54,925 nt of DNA from an uncultured Pseudobdellovibrionaceae bacterium (GCA_964463705.1 CAYXCH010000007.1:1-54925), one strand, 5' to 3'; shown: positions 1-10,669, numbered from the stretch's first letter. The notes: generated by a model from the letters alone, not told the origin. Program-made: numbers and translations.

Positions 1-33
1 ATCTGCATGATATCATAAAGACAATACGCAAAC

Positions 34-159
34 TTACCGCACCAAGCGCACCGCCGCTTTGCGGAGTTGCTCAAACATTTTCTCAAATCCTTCCGGTCCG
101 CCATAGTATGGGTCCGGCACGGGCGCGGACGGGTCAAAGTAAATGATTAATGCACTCAT
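34..159 (-). pseudogene. 41-aa ORF resembling only the C-terminal part of a low-molecular-weight protein-tyrosine phosphatase (remnant or microprotein)
   Basis: Manual translation MSALIIYFDPSAPVPDPYYGGPEGFEKMFEQLRKAAVRLVR. VPDPYYGG..GFE is the LMW-PTP general-acid loop. In-frame TAA at 169-171 upstream; no CxxxxxRS P-loop. Confidence 0.55.
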
Positions 160-213
160 ATAAAAACGTTAATTTTATCTGACTGAACAATTATCCTATA
201 CCTGATTACCATA

Positions 214-2022
214 TCACGATGATCTCTTCATTACGGCGAGGAATGCCGATGAGGGGATCTCCACCCGTCCGACACTTTGCATACGCTTTTTTCCCTTTTT
301 CTGTTTCTCCAATAATTTACGCTTTCGTGTAACATCACCGCCGTAAAGCTTTGCCGTCACATCCTTTCGAAATGCGCTGATGGTCTCGCGCGCAATAATC
401 GTACCCCCAATCGCCGCCTGCAATGCAATGGCAAAGTTCTGTCGTGGTAAGACGGTTTTTAATGTCTTAACAATATGTTTTCCTTCTCGTTGCGCTCGCT
501 CTCGCGGCACGATACGTGCAAACGCCTCCACTCGCTCTCCCGCTACCAATACATCCATTTTTACCAAATCACTTCCACGGTACTCTCGCACCTCATAATT
601 CATTGATGCATACCCGCTACTGACACTCTTTAACTGATCATGCAAATCAACAATAACATCCGCCAATGGAGCGTCAAATGTAAGCTGTACCCGCGTCTGA
701 TCAATATACTCTGTTGATGTATAGGTGGCACGGGTTCGTCCCATCAATTCCATAACATTGCCGAGATACGATGTTGGAACAATAATTTCCAGTGTCACAA
801 ACGGCTCGGCAATTTCCGCAATCACCGATGGATCCGGCAAATCCGACGGTGCGTAGACCATCACCGTCTCTCCCGATGTTTTTGTTACACGATACACAAC
901 ACTGGGAGCGGTAATTGTCGGCGTGATATCAAACTCTCGTTTTAATCGCTCTTGAATAATTTCCAAATGCAGAAGTCCCAAAAATCCGCAACGAAATCCT
1001 CGTCCCAATGCCGTATTATGCTCCGGCTCAAAAACAAACGCCGCATCGTTCAGGGAGAGTTTTTCCAATGCGTCACGCATAACATTGTATGCGTCACCAT
1101 CCACCGGATAGAATGATGCGTATACCATCGGACGTACCGTGCGATATCCACCCAACGCAGTCTCCGCCGGCCGCTTGGCGTCTGTCATCGTATCACCGAC
1201 ACGACACTCCGCCACCGTCTTAAACCCCGTCGCCACATATCCGATTTCCCCGACACGCAAAGATTTCGCTCGTTCATAGTGCGGAGATAACGTTCCCAAT
1301 TCCACAATCGTACTCTCCTCTCCGCTGGCCATCATGCGTAATTGCGCTCCGCTTCGCAATACACCATCCACTACGCGAACATACGCCACCACACCTTTGT
1401 ACGGATCATATACGCTATCAAATACCAATGCACGCGCCGCTCCATCAGCATCTCCTTTCGGCGCCGGCACACGCTCCACCACCGCCCCCAACAATGCATC
1501 CACTCCCTCTCCGGTTTTTCCGCTGACGGCCATAATATCGTCACGATCACACCCCAGCACATGAATAATTTCCTTTGCTACTCGCTCCGGATCCGCATTA
1601 GGCAAGTCGATTTTATTCATCACGGGAATAATTTCCAAGTCCTGTTCCAGTGCGGCATAAAGATTGGACAGTGTTTGCGCCTGTACACCTTGAGATGCGT
1701 CCACCAGAAGAATTGCACCCTCCACCGCCGCCAATGAACGACTCACTTCATATTGAAAATCCACATGTCCCGGCGTATCAATAAGATTTAATATATAGTC
1801 CCGCCCCTTGTGCGTATATCGCATGCGAACGGGTTGAAGCTTAATTGTAATGCCTCGCTCTCGCTCCAAGTCCATCTGGTCCAACAACTGATCCTTCATT
1901 TTGCGCTTTTCCACGGTTTGCGTCACATCCAAAAACCGGTCCGCCAGTGTACTTTTGCCGTGATCAATGTGTGCAATAATACAGAAATTTCGCATCTGTT
2001 GCTCTGAATCGGATATCGTCAT
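214..2022 (-). CDS. lepA: Elongation factor 4 (LepA)
   Basis: RNFCIIAHIDHGKSTLADR, LIDTPGHVDF, NKID, GFRCGFLGLLH, C-terminal KLYGGDVTRKRKLLEKQKKGKKRM; alternative start at 1995. Confidence 0.98.
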   Translation of the reverse strand: MTISDSEQQMRNFCIIAHIDHGKSTLADRFLDVTQTVEKRKMKDQLLDQMDLERERGITIKLQPVRMRYTHKGRDYILNLIDTPGHVDFQYEVSRSLAAVEGAILLVDASQGVQAQTLSNLYAALEQDLEIIPVMNKIDLPNADPERVAKEIIHVLGCDRDDIMAVSGKTGEGVDALLGAVVERVPAPKGDADGAARALVFDSVYDPYKGVVAYVRVVDGVLRSGAQLRMMASGEESTIVELGTLSPHYERAKSLRVGEIGYVATGFKTVAECRVGDTMTDAKRPAETALGGYRTVRPMVYASFYPVDGDAYNVMRDALEKLSLNDAAFVFEPEHNTALGRGFRCGFLGLLHLEIIQERLKREFDITPTITAPSVVYRVTKTSGETVMVYAPSDLPDPSVIAEIAEPFVTLEIIVPTSYLGNVMELMGRTRATYTSTEYIDQTRVQLTFDAPLADVIVDLHDQLKSVSSGYASMNYEVREYRGSDLVKMDVLVAGERVEAFARIVPRERAQREGKHIVKTLKTVLPRQNFAIALQAAIGGTIIARETISAFRKDVTAKLYGGDVTRKRKLLEKQKKGKKRMQSVGRVEIPSSAFLAVMKRSS

Positions 2023-2122
2023 ATACGAAAATATTTATCATACTTTAAAGTGTACCATACAGATACTATCTGCGGAATATCCACCATTGACGAGTAACGC
2101 TCAACACCGCATACTGAAAACA

Positions 2123-3238
2123 ATGAATATTTTTGCTATTGAAACAAGTTGTGATGAAACAGCGGCGGCTGTCGTTTGTCAAACCGATGACGGGATGCTG
2201 CATGTGCGAAGTTCTATCGTAGCATCGCAAATTGCGCTTCATGCTCAGTATGGTGGCGTTGTACCCAATCTTGCCGCTCGCGAACACGAATCCGCTATTA
2301 TGTCCGTTATGGACACCGCGTTGGAGGACGCGCACCTATCACCGGATGCTGTTGATCTTGTCGCCGTTACTCATGCACCCGGATTGATTCCGGCGCTGAT
2401 TGTCGGTGTCAGTGCCGCCAAGGCATTTGCCTGGGTTCATCGTCGTCCACTCATGGGCGTTCACCATCTGGCGGGACATATTTATGCGGCGCGATTGGAT
2501 GGTAACGCGCCATTTACATTTCCCGTCATGACACTGATTGTATCCGGTGGACATACACAATTGGTTCTCATGCGTGCAGAACATGATTATACAATCATTG
2601 GACAAACGGTTGATGATGCGGCGGGAGAGGCGTTTGACAAAGTAGCACGCATGTTGGGATTACCATACCCCGGTGGCCCGGCAATCAGTGCCGCCGCGGA
2701 GCGTCACACCGAAGACAATCTCTTTTCTCTCCCTCGCCCGATGCTGCATAGTGGTGATAATAATTTTTCTTTCTCCGGATTAAAAACCGCCGTGTTGTAC
2801 CGTCTTAACGAGTGGCGAGAGCGCCATGGCATTACTCCGGATACACCGCTGCCCGACACAGTTGTCACTGCCATGAGTGCTGAATTTCAAAATGCCGTTA
2901 CGGATGTATTGGTTAAAAAAACACTCCGCGCCGCTCAACAACACAACGCCCGTACCGTTATTCTGGCCGGTGGTGTCAGTGCCAATTCACAATTACGCAC
3001 AGCACTACGCACCGCCTGTACGGAAGCAAATATAGAATGCCGAATTCCTCCCCATAAATTCTGCGTAGACAATGCTGCCATGATTGCCGCTGCCGCCGCA
3101 ACGCGCTATACACTCCTAAGTGACATGGAACGACAACATTTACAGACAACCATCCACACACTGGATGCAACCGCTACATGCCCTCTGTCATCATCTGCCG
3201 CTTTCGGTATAAAGATGCCCTATTGTTCAACTACATAA
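2123..3238 (+). CDS. tsaD: tRNA N6-threonylcarbamoyladenosine synthesis protein TsaD
   Basis: IETSCDETAAAVV, HHLAGH, VSGGHT, DDAAGEAFDKVARMLGLPYPGGP, FSFSGLKT, DNAAMIA; start moved to the ATG at 2123. Confidence 0.96.
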   Translation: MNIFAIETSCDETAAAVVCQTDDGMLHVRSSIVASQIALHAQYGGVVPNLAAREHESAIMSVMDTALEDAHLSPDAVDLVAVTHAPGLIPALIVGVSAAKAFAWVHRRPLMGVHHLAGHIYAARLDGNAPFTFPVMTLIVSGGHTQLVLMRAEHDYTIIGQTVDDAAGEAFDKVARMLGLPYPGGPAISAAAERHTEDNLFSLPRPMLHSGDNNFSFSGLKTAVLYRLNEWRERHGITPDTPLPDTVVTAMSAEFQNAVTDVLVKKTLRAAQQHNARTVILAGGVSANSQLRTALRTACTEANIECRIPPHKFCVDNAAMIAAAAATRYTLLSDMERQHLQTTIHTLDATATCPLSSSAAFGIKMPYCSTT

Positions 3239-4456
3239 CGCATCTACCACTGAGGATAGTCCCACACCGTTTGATCCTTTGATAAGTACCGTGTCGCCGT
3301 CCCGGATAATACGACGCAATACTGCTGCGGCATCGGCAGCGGTGGAGCAATGATGTAATTCCGTAATTGTCCCGTTGTGACGTAATTGCCGATATGTTTC
3401 TTCCGTTGCTGTTCCCACGGTAACCACTACCGTGGCACCACTGTGAAGAATGTGCTGCGCCAGCTCCCGATGAGCGCGCCGCTCGTAATCCCCCAGTTCT
3501 CGCATATCTCCCACACAAACAACCCGCCGTGATGCCGGCAACGTCCTCAGCGTTTGCAATGCTCCCGCCATACTTGGCGGTGCCGCATTATATGTATCAT
3601 CGATTATTGTTACTCCATGACAGTGTTGCACTTGCATACGATGCGGAAGCATGGTAACTGCCGATAGAGCGGAACATATCCTATCACAGGATAGTCCGTA
3701 TGCACGCGCCGCCGCCGCCGCCAATGCAAATGACGGCACCAGCTGCGTTCCACAGATGTTTGGCAGGTGAACAGGATAGCGTTTGTTGTCACACGTAAGA
3801 TCAAATGATACGCCATCCCGAGTATTTCGCGCATTACTGTATACAAAATCTCCTTGTTCCGCGCTTACCCACCGTACATGAGGAGCGTCTGCCGCCATAG
3901 CGGCGACACGAGGATCATCAGCATTGAGTACCGCCACTCCTTCCGGCGGCAATGACTGAATCAGTACCGCTTTTTCCTTTGCAATCGCATCTTTGTCACC
4001 AATGTATTGTGCATGAACCGCATCCACCATCGTTACAACACCAATGTGAGGACGCGCCAACCGCACCAATTGCGCCATTTCACCGCGACGATCAATTCCC
4101 AATTCCACGACCACAACACGGGCAAATTCTCGCCGAACAATCGCCGTACCCAGCCGCCAAAACACGTCACACCAACGCCACACTGACGCCCCCGGAGCGG
4201 TATGAACACCGGCAATCGTCAATGGAACGCCATATACCGTATTAAAATTTCCGTGCGGAGCGCACACCGTTGTTTGCGAACGTAATATTGTAGCAATTGC
4301 CCGAACAGTGGTACTCTTCCCAACGGAACCGGTAACCGCAATAACCGTTGGCGCATGACGACGCAATACCGCTCGCGTCAATGCAAATAACACCGTACGA
4401 AGAACCGCTCGCGCACTCGCGCGTATGTTACTGCTGTACATCATCGGAATGATCAT
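3227..4456 (-). CDS. murF: Mur ligase, MurF-like
   Basis: AVTGSVGKSTT P-loop, NFNTVYGVPLT, ELGIDRRGEM, LNADD, IIDDTYNAAPPSM, GDMRELG, LIKGSNG; follows ftsI. Confidence 0.85.
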   Translation of the reverse strand: MIIPMMYSSNIRASARAVLRTVLFALTRAVLRRHAPTVIAVTGSVGKSTTVRAIATILRSQTTVCAPHGNFNTVYGVPLTIAGVHTAPGASVWRWCDVFWRLGTAIVRREFARVVVVELGIDRRGEMAQLVRLARPHIGVVTMVDAVHAQYIGDKDAIAKEKAVLIQSLPPEGVAVLNADDPRVAAMAADAPHVRWVSAEQGDFVYSNARNTRDGVSFDLTCDNKRYPVHLPNICGTQLVPSFALAAAAARAYGLSCDRICSALSAVTMLPHRMQVQHCHGVTIIDDTYNAAPPSMAGALQTLRTLPASRRVVCVGDMRELGDYERRAHRELAQHILHSGATVVVTVGTATEETYRQLRHNGTITELHHCSTAADAAAVLRRIIRDGDTVLIKGSNGVGLSSVVDALCS

Positions 4457-6260
4457 CGGAAGGCTGGTAAAACTCCACCGGCTCGGTGGGCTCTATATTG
4501 TAGTACGAGAAGAGAAATTGCACAATTTCACGAAATGTGGGCGCCGCCGTATAAAATGACCACGGAGCGGATGTTGGAGCGTCCAGTCGTACCGCCACCA
4601 CAAATTGCGGTGTATTTAACGGTGCAATTCCCATAAATGAATGAATGGTTTCTTTCTCCCGATATCCCGTTGCGCCACGACGGGCTACCTGTGCCGTTCC
4701 CGTCTTTCCCCCGATAGTGTACCCGGGAATTTTCACACGACGAAAATACTGATTCTCTACCACGCTGCCAAGCATCTCTCGTACTGCCCGCGCACTTTCC
4801 ACACTGATAACACGTCGCCGCTCCTCCGGAGGAAACGATTGTACAGTTCGTTCTCCGTCTCGCAACTCTGAAACAACGCGCGGGCGCATCATCATGCCAT
4901 CATTGGCGATAACAGCATATGCCTGAGCCATTTGTAACAGTGTCATTGTCACACCCTGTCCAAATGATGCCGTATAAAACTGTACGTCCCGATACGGTGG
5001 TCGCAGGTTACGAATTGTTCCCGATGCCTCCGCCGGTAAACGAATATCGGTATGCTCTCCAAATCCGAAACGTGCAAACATATCAGCAAACCGTTGATGT
5101 CCCACCCGACGTTCTACATAAATTACTCCGGTGTTAATGGATTTTTCCAACACCTGCGTCATCGTCTGCACTCCATAGACCTTCTCCTGTGCATTCCGAA
5201 TTGTATATCCACCGGATACAACGGCACCGGTATCCTTATACGTTGTTTCCGGTGTAATCACCCCCGCATCCAAGCCGATTGCCATGGTAATCGGCTTAAC
5301 AACCGATCCCGCTTCATACGCATCACTGACAATAGGGTTGCGAAACACTCCGATATCGTCCACCGTATTATACGCATTCGGATCAAATCCGGGAGTGGAC
5401 GCCATCGCAAGGATCGCTCCGTCACTCGGGCGTAACACCACCGCCATCGCCCGACGCGCTCCCGTGCGCTCCCGAGCCGCACGTAAAATATTCTCTACGG
5501 CATACTGTACTCCATAGTCTATGGTCAATATCACATCATATCCATCTCGTGCCGCCTGCTTAATCCGACGAGTCAACGTCATCCATCGTCCCGCCGCGTC
5601 ACGAGATTGTTCTACATACCCTGCCGTCCCGCGAAGAAAATTATCAAAAGATGCTTCTATTCCATACCGTCCGCGATAGGTCTCTCCATCTGATCCGACA
5701 AATCCAACCGTCTGTGCCGCCGTTTCTCCCGCCGGATAGTAACGAAATATCTCCTCTTGTACAGAAACACCCGACGGCGCATCCGCACGAATACGTTCCG
5801 CCAACTCATCATCTACACGACGAGCGATAACTTCATAAGGATCATCTTGCTTTGATACTTTGGCACGAACAACCGCTTTATCCACGCGATCGCCCAATAC
5901 ATCGGTAAGAAATGAAACAACAGCTTCTCGATTTTCCGGTGCGATGTCTCGTGGTACAACATAAACCAATGCAAATGCTTTATTAATCGCCAATGGATAC
6001 AGCGTATCTTTCTCGCGAGCGATAATTGCTCCCCGTGAAGGATCAAGTTGCGCACGAAGTGTATACTGTGCCGCCGCCTGCTTCCGATATTCTTCCCCAT
6101 GAACAACTTGCAATGAATACAGCCGTACAATAATTATGGCAATCACCAGTAATATTCCGGCAAATACCACTCGTATACGCCCCACTCCATGAACGGAACG
6201 ACGGGCGGGACGGCGCACCGGTCGTCGGCGTCGGCGAGTTGTCCGAGAGCGTCGTACCAT
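4428..6260 (-). CDS. ftsI: Class B penicillin-binding protein (FtsI/PBP3-like)
   Basis: N-terminal TM, RYYP, YEAGSVVKP (SxxK), KSIN (SxN), GGKTGTAQ; position in the mraZ-rsmH cluster. Confidence 0.85.
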   Translation of the reverse strand: MVRRSRTTRRRRRPVRRPARRSVHGVGRIRVVFAGILLVIAIIIVRLYSLQVVHGEEYRKQAAAQYTLRAQLDPSRGAIIAREKDTLYPLAINKAFALVYVVPRDIAPENREAVVSFLTDVLGDRVDKAVVRAKVSKQDDPYEVIARRVDDELAERIRADAPSGVSVQEEIFRYYPAGETAAQTVGFVGSDGETYRGRYGIEASFDNFLRGTAGYVEQSRDAAGRWMTLTRRIKQAARDGYDVILTIDYGVQYAVENILRAARERTGARRAMAVVLRPSDGAILAMASTPGFDPNAYNTVDDIGVFRNPIVSDAYEAGSVVKPITMAIGLDAGVITPETTYKDTGAVVSGGYTIRNAQEKVYGVQTMTQVLEKSINTGVIYVERRVGHQRFADMFARFGFGEHTDIRLPAEASGTIRNLRPPYRDVQFYTASFGQGVTMTLLQMAQAYAVIANDGMMMRPRVVSELRDGERTVQSFPPEERRRVISVESARAVREMLGSVVENQYFRRVKIPGYTIGGKTGTAQVARRGATGYREKETIHSFMGIAPLNTPQFVVAVRLDAPTSAPWSFYTAAPTFREIVQFLFSYYNIEPTEPVEFYQPSDDHSDDVQQ

Positions 6261-6273
6261 AAGATGTTACCAT

Positions 6274-6618
6274 TCACTGTGTCATCAGTGCCACTGCACG
6301 GGCACGGGCAGCCACAACGCGAACGTCTGTTTTATGATCAATAGCCACCAATTCATCGGTTTCCTGTGCAATCTGCGCAAGAGAGCGAGCACGAGCCTCA
6401 GCAATACGAAGTTGTGCAATATCATCTTTTTGTTGCGCAATAGTTCGCTCCACCGATCGCAATTCTGTCGCTTTAACGGCGGTGGTATTTGTTATGGCAA
6501 TAAATGCCGCGCCCATCAGGAAAAATCCCGCTCCGATCGCAAGGGCGGCGCGACGATAAGTGTGTTCACGTTGTTGTTGATGTCGTGTCATTGTGTATTG
6601 TATTTTTGATTTTTTCAA
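6274..6618 (-). CDS. FtsL-like bitopic membrane protein
   Basis: Basic N-terminus, one TM segment and a coiled coil; located between rsmH and ftsI (synteny-based). Confidence 0.6.
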   Translation of the reverse strand: MKKSKIQYTMTRHQQQREHTYRRAALAIGAGFFLMGAAFIAITNTTAVKATELRSVERTIAQQKDDIAQLRIAEARARSLAQIAQETDELVAIDHKTDVRVVAARARAVALMTQ

Positions 6619-7528
6619 TCACTCGCAAGCGCGCGCTACGTGCACGTGGATTGCGACGGATTTCCTCTTCGGTCGGGCGAATGGTCGCAATGGAACGCGC
6701 TTGTGGATGAGTGCAACGGCAAACAGGACTTTCCGGCGGACAGATACAGGATGCACAGGCAGTGCGAAACACTTGCTTAACAATGCGATCTTCACCGGAA
6801 TGAAATGTTACTACCGCCAGCCGTCCCCCCACGGCCAGAACTGACATCGCCTCCGATAAAAATGTCCGCAGTTGCGCCAACTCATCGTTTACGGCAATGC
6901 GCAATGCTTGAAATGTGCGTGTGGCAACATGGTGATTGCGACGGATGCGACGTGGTACGGCCGCCTCCACGATATCCGCCAACTGCCGTGTTCGCACAAT
7001 GGGCGTTCGCGCTCGCTCCGACACAATTGCCCGTGCAATACGCCGAGCATACGGTTCATCACCGTACTCACGCAGAAGACGCTCAATCTCCGATTCTTCC
7101 ATTGTTGCCAGGAGCTCTGCCGCCGTTGAGCGAATGCCATCGGCACCACCGTGCCGGTCCATACGCATATCCAGTGGCGCATCATGCAGAAAACTCAGTC
7201 CGCGAGATGGATCATCTAACTGGTCCGATGATAGCCCCAAGTCCGCCACAATGACATCGGGATGAACGGAGCGCTCGGCGCATACCGATGCAATCTGTGT
7301 AAAGTTGGCATGGACAAGGTCTGCGCACAGTCCCAATTCGGCACCATGTGCAATCGCTGTTGCATCACGGTCCAGTGCAATGACCATCCCATTGGGCGCG
7401 ACACCGTCACATAGTGATTGCGTGTATCCGCCCCCACCGAATGTCGCGTCTACCGCAATCATTCCGGAACGAAGCGATACCGCATCCATCACGGCGTCAC
7501 GCAGAACCGGGATATGGTGTGTTGTCAT
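6566..7528 (-). CDS. rsmH: 16S rRNA m4C1402 methyltransferase RsmH (MraW)
   Basis: HIPVL, DATFGGGGY, DLGLSSDQLD, PLDMRMD, TRTFQALRIAVNDEL, FHSGEDRIVK, NPRARSARLR; start moved to MTTHHIPVL. Confidence 0.97.
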   Translation of the reverse strand: MTTHHIPVLRDAVMDAVSLRSGMIAVDATFGGGGYTQSLCDGVAPNGMVIALDRDATAIAHGAELGLCADLVHANFTQIASVCAERSVHPDVIVADLGLSSDQLDDPSRGLSFLHDAPLDMRMDRHGGADGIRSTAAELLATMEESEIERLLREYGDEPYARRIARAIVSERARTPIVRTRQLADIVEAAVPRRIRRNHHVATRTFQALRIAVNDELAQLRTFLSEAMSVLAVGGRLAVVTFHSGEDRIVKQVFRTACASCICPPESPVCRCTHPQARSIATIRPTEEEIRRNPRARSARLRVIEKIKNTIHNDTTSTTT

Positions 7529-7620
7529 AGATCTGTTGCACACGTCACCCCCTCTGATGCGTGCAGTGAACAACTCTCTACTCCTGTCACCCCCTTTGGC
7601 AAGAGTAGTGGAACCGCTCA

Positions 7621-8055
7621 CTAGTACACTCCCATGTCACCCAGCCGTTGAGCAACCGTATCGGTATGACGCTCCGCATTCTCCTTGTACCGCCGCCATG
7701 CCGCCGTGTCCCAGATTTCCAACCGATTGTACAATCCCGCAATCGTCACCTGCTTGTCCAGCGTTGCGTACTCACGCAGGTATGCCGGAATCACGATGCG
7801 CCCCTGTTTATCCGGCGTACTATCACTGGCACCGGACAACATCAGTCGCACAAACGATCGCGTTGCCGCGTCACCGATAGACAACGAGCCGAGTTTTTCG
7901 GCAAGGGTGCGCCACTCTTTCATTGGATAAACAAATAAACAGTTATCCAATCCGCGCGTCACGACAACGGTCGCCCCCAGAGCCCGACGAAACCGTGACG
8001 GCATCGCCAGACGATTTTTTGCATCAATCGTGTGCTCGTATTCACCGATGAACAT
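7621..8055 (-). CDS. mraZ: Transcriptional regulator MraZ
   Basis: MFIGEYEHTIDAKNRL, TRGLDNCLFVYP, DKQGRIVIP, RLEIWD. Confidence 0.97.
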   Translation of the reverse strand: MFIGEYEHTIDAKNRLAMPSRFRRALGATVVVTRGLDNCLFVYPMKEWRTLAEKLGSLSIGDAATRSFVRLMLSGASDSTPDKQGRIVIPAYLREYATLDKQVTIAGLYNRLEIWDTAAWRRYKENAERHTDTVAQRLGDMGVY

Positions 8056-8097
8056 GACGCGCGGGCGGCGTGTAGGTAACTGCTCCCCCGGGCAATT

Positions 8098-8187
8098 CCC
8101 CACTTTTCACCACTTCAATGTCTTACATCCCCATTCTACACCACCTTGTGGGATTGTGCAAGAACTACAATAACCACAAAACTCCAC
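8098..8187 (-). promoter_or_regulatory. Putative MraZ operator: (G/A)TGG repeats with 10-bp phasing
   Basis: Minus strand GTGG at 8184-87 and 8174-77, GTGGTG 8139-44, ATGGGG 8129-34, GTGGTG 8108-13, GTGGGG 8098-8103, upstream of mraZ. Confidence 0.7.
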
Positions 8188-8190
8188 ATA

Positions 8191-8220
8191 CAAAAACGCC
8201 GCCCGAGGGCGACGTTCTTG
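8191..8220 (-). terminator. Probable intrinsic terminator after greA
   Basis: Inverted repeat aacgccgcc/ggcgacgtt followed by a T-run on the minus strand. Confidence 0.55.
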
Positions 8221-8239
8221 TTTATTTTGTATATTTCGA

Positions 8240-8695
8240 TTATGAAACGCTTTTTACCGTACACTGTGTTGTCCCGGTTGGCGTATTTACCTCCACCGTA
8301 TCTCCCGCATCATGCCCCATTAATGCCGCACCAAATGGAGACTCTGTAGATATTTTACCGCGAGATGGATCCGCCTCATTGGCACCAACAATCTCAAACT
8401 GTAACTCCTTACCATCACACTCCACTACCACGGTAGAACCGATTTGAACTCCGCGCTTGCGTCCATCATGCTTAACAACTTCCGCATCTTTGATTAATGC
8501 TTCCAACTGAGCCACACGCGCTTCATTCTCCGCTTGTTCTCGCTTTGCCTCCGCATATTCGGCATTCTCACTCAAATCTCCCTGCTCTTTCGCTTCCTTA
8601 ATAGCGGTAGCAATGCGTTGCCGTACAGTAGTGGTACGATGCGTATATTCATCTTTCAACTTCTCCAATCCTTCTTGTGTAACAACGTAACTCAT
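8240..8695 (-). CDS. greA: Transcription elongation factor GreA
   Basis: TQEGLEKLKDE, GDLSENAEYAEAK, ISTESPFGAALMG. Confidence 0.97.
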   Translation of the reverse strand: MSYVVTQEGLEKLKDEYTHRTTTVRQRIATAIKEAKEQGDLSENAEYAEAKREQAENEARVAQLEALIKDAEVVKHDGRKRGVQIGSTVVVECDGKELQFEIVGANEADPSRGKISTESPFGAALMGHDAGDTVEVNTPTGTTQCTVKSVS

Positions 8696-8767
8696 GGGTG
8701 TATTTCACAATAATTACTCCGTACAATGCGTTCGGTTGGTATCATTCTACTAAAATCATTCCGGGTG

Positions 8768-10669
8768 TCAATCTTGCGCAACGACGGATTCTGTGGTCCT
8801 ATGCTCTGCATACCATTCATAGAGCTGCCGTGCCACAACAATGCTCCCGGATGTTGTATTGCGTTGTGCCTCTACCAGCACAACAATCACAATTGTTGGC
8901 TTGTCATACGGCGCATATGTTGCCATCCATGAATGTGTACGATCCGCCGCACCAAACTGCGCCGTTCCCGTCTTTGCCGCAATCGGTAGTGATATTGATG
9001 ACAGTGCTCGCGCCGTCCCCTCTGTCACCGCCGCCCGCATTCCCTCCTGCGCCACTCGCAAAAACGGTTTCGCCATTATATGTGTCCGAACCGCCCTTGG
9101 TTTATATGATATGATAGATCCCTCTGATGTACGATGATATGCCAAAATATGAGGTCGCCACACCGTTCCTCCATTTGCAATTGCCGCCGTCATCACCGCC
9201 ACCTGTAATGGAGTAGCGGTCACGTATCCTTGACCGATAGCGGCATGATAACTGTTCCCGATTGTCCACCGCTCTCCAAACCGCTCTTGTTTCCATGCCG
9301 GATCGGGAATTAATCCCGTCACTTCTCCGGGAAGGTCAATACCGGTTTTTTGTCCAAATCCAAACAGCGTATAATATCGTTTCATCGTATCCATTCCCAT
9401 ACCGCGAATCCCCCCATAACCTCCTCCAATGGCATAGAAAAAGATGTCATGACTGACGGCAATTGCGCGCCGAACATCCGCTACTCCATTAGCGCGCCAA
9501 TCACGAAACGTATACCCCTGTACACGAATTGCTCCGGTACTGTTGACTGTCGTTGTTTCATCAATTACTCCCTCGGCAAGCGCAGCGGCGGCAAGCATTG
9601 GCTTTACCGTAGAACCGGGTGGATAGGCGCCGGCAATGGCACGATGGAACAATGGTCTATTTTCATCATTAATCAATGCCGAATAGTCCTTTGGATCGAT
9701 TCCGCCAATAAAAAGATTGTTGTCATAGGATGGAAGACTAACCAACGCACGAATACTGCCATCACGCGGATCCAGCGCAACTACCGCACCACGAGAAAGC
9801 CCAAAGCGTGTCAGTGATGCTTCCAATGCCTCTGTTGCCGCTTTTTGAAATGCCGCGTCAATTGTAAGAGAGAGGTCATTTCCCGGAACAACCGTACGAT
9901 CACGGGTAATGCGTTGCGGACGTAATCGGGCGTCCACCTCTACACCGGTCGCTCCATGACGCCCGCGCAAGAGATGTTCATAATATTTCTCCACACCGTT
10001 CCGCCCCACATGATCCGTCGGCAATAATGTCGGATCACGCTGAATATCTTCACGCTGAACAATTCCCGTGTATCCGATAATATGTGCAAAAATCGTACTG
10101 TCTATGTAGTGCCGTCTCGGTGTATGAACAAGGCGCACGCCCGGAAGCGTCGGTGCCGCCTCTGTAAATGCAAAGCGTTGTTCTTGAGACAAATTCTGTG
10201 CAATGACGACAATATTGTGCCGCTCTCGGATTGCCGTTTCCACCCGCTCCATCATATCCTCCCGATGTTCTCCCGTAATCTCCGCCACCTTCGCGAGCAC
10301 CGCCGCCCGTTTCGTTTCTTCACTTGGCAACTGTGTAGTCAGTGCCACAACATCGGTCTGTGGAACATTTTCCACTAACGGCTCGCCAAACCGATCCGTA
10401 ATCATTCCGCGCGGCGCAACGATAATATTATCTCGAACACTATTGGAGGCGGCGCGCAATACGTAACGCTCACTATCATATGTCATCATGTATACCGTTC
10501 GCAATGCCAACGCTCCCAATGCCACCACCATCACGGCAAACACACCGCGTAGTGCTCGCTTATTCAATTCAAATTCCATCTGTGCCACCTCGCGACGAGA
10601 TGCGGTTAATACCGTATCGCTGATTTCCGCACTATTATCCGGTCGCATTGCGGTCCGTCGTCGTCTCAT
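8768..10669 (-). CDS. mrdA: Penicillin-binding protein 2 (MrdA-like)
   Basis: APRGMITDR, YPPGSTVKP, VSHDIFFY, AAKTGTAQ; downstream of mreBC; start may be 10648. Confidence 0.9.
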   Translation of the reverse strand: MRRRRTAMRPDNSAEISDTVLTASRREVAQMEFELNKRALRGVFAVMVVALGALALRTVYMMTYDSERYVLRAASNSVRDNIIVAPRGMITDRFGEPLVENVPQTDVVALTTQLPSEETKRAAVLAKVAEITGEHREDMMERVETAIRERHNIVVIAQNLSQEQRFAFTEAAPTLPGVRLVHTPRRHYIDSTIFAHIIGYTGIVQREDIQRDPTLLPTDHVGRNGVEKYYEHLLRGRHGATGVEVDARLRPQRITRDRTVVPGNDLSLTIDAAFQKAATEALEASLTRFGLSRGAVVALDPRDGSIRALVSLPSYDNNLFIGGIDPKDYSALINDENRPLFHRAIAGAYPPGSTVKPMLAAAALAEGVIDETTTVNSTGAIRVQGYTFRDWRANGVADVRRAIAVSHDIFFYAIGGGYGGIRGMGMDTMKRYYTLFGFGQKTGIDLPGEVTGLIPDPAWKQERFGERWTIGNSYHAAIGQGYVTATPLQVAVMTAAIANGGTVWRPHILAYHRTSEGSIISYKPRAVRTHIMAKPFLRVAQEGMRAAVTEGTARALSSISLPIAAKTGTAQFGAADRTHSWMATYAPYDKPTIVIVVLVEAQRNTTSGSIVVARQLYEWYAEHRTTESVVAQD

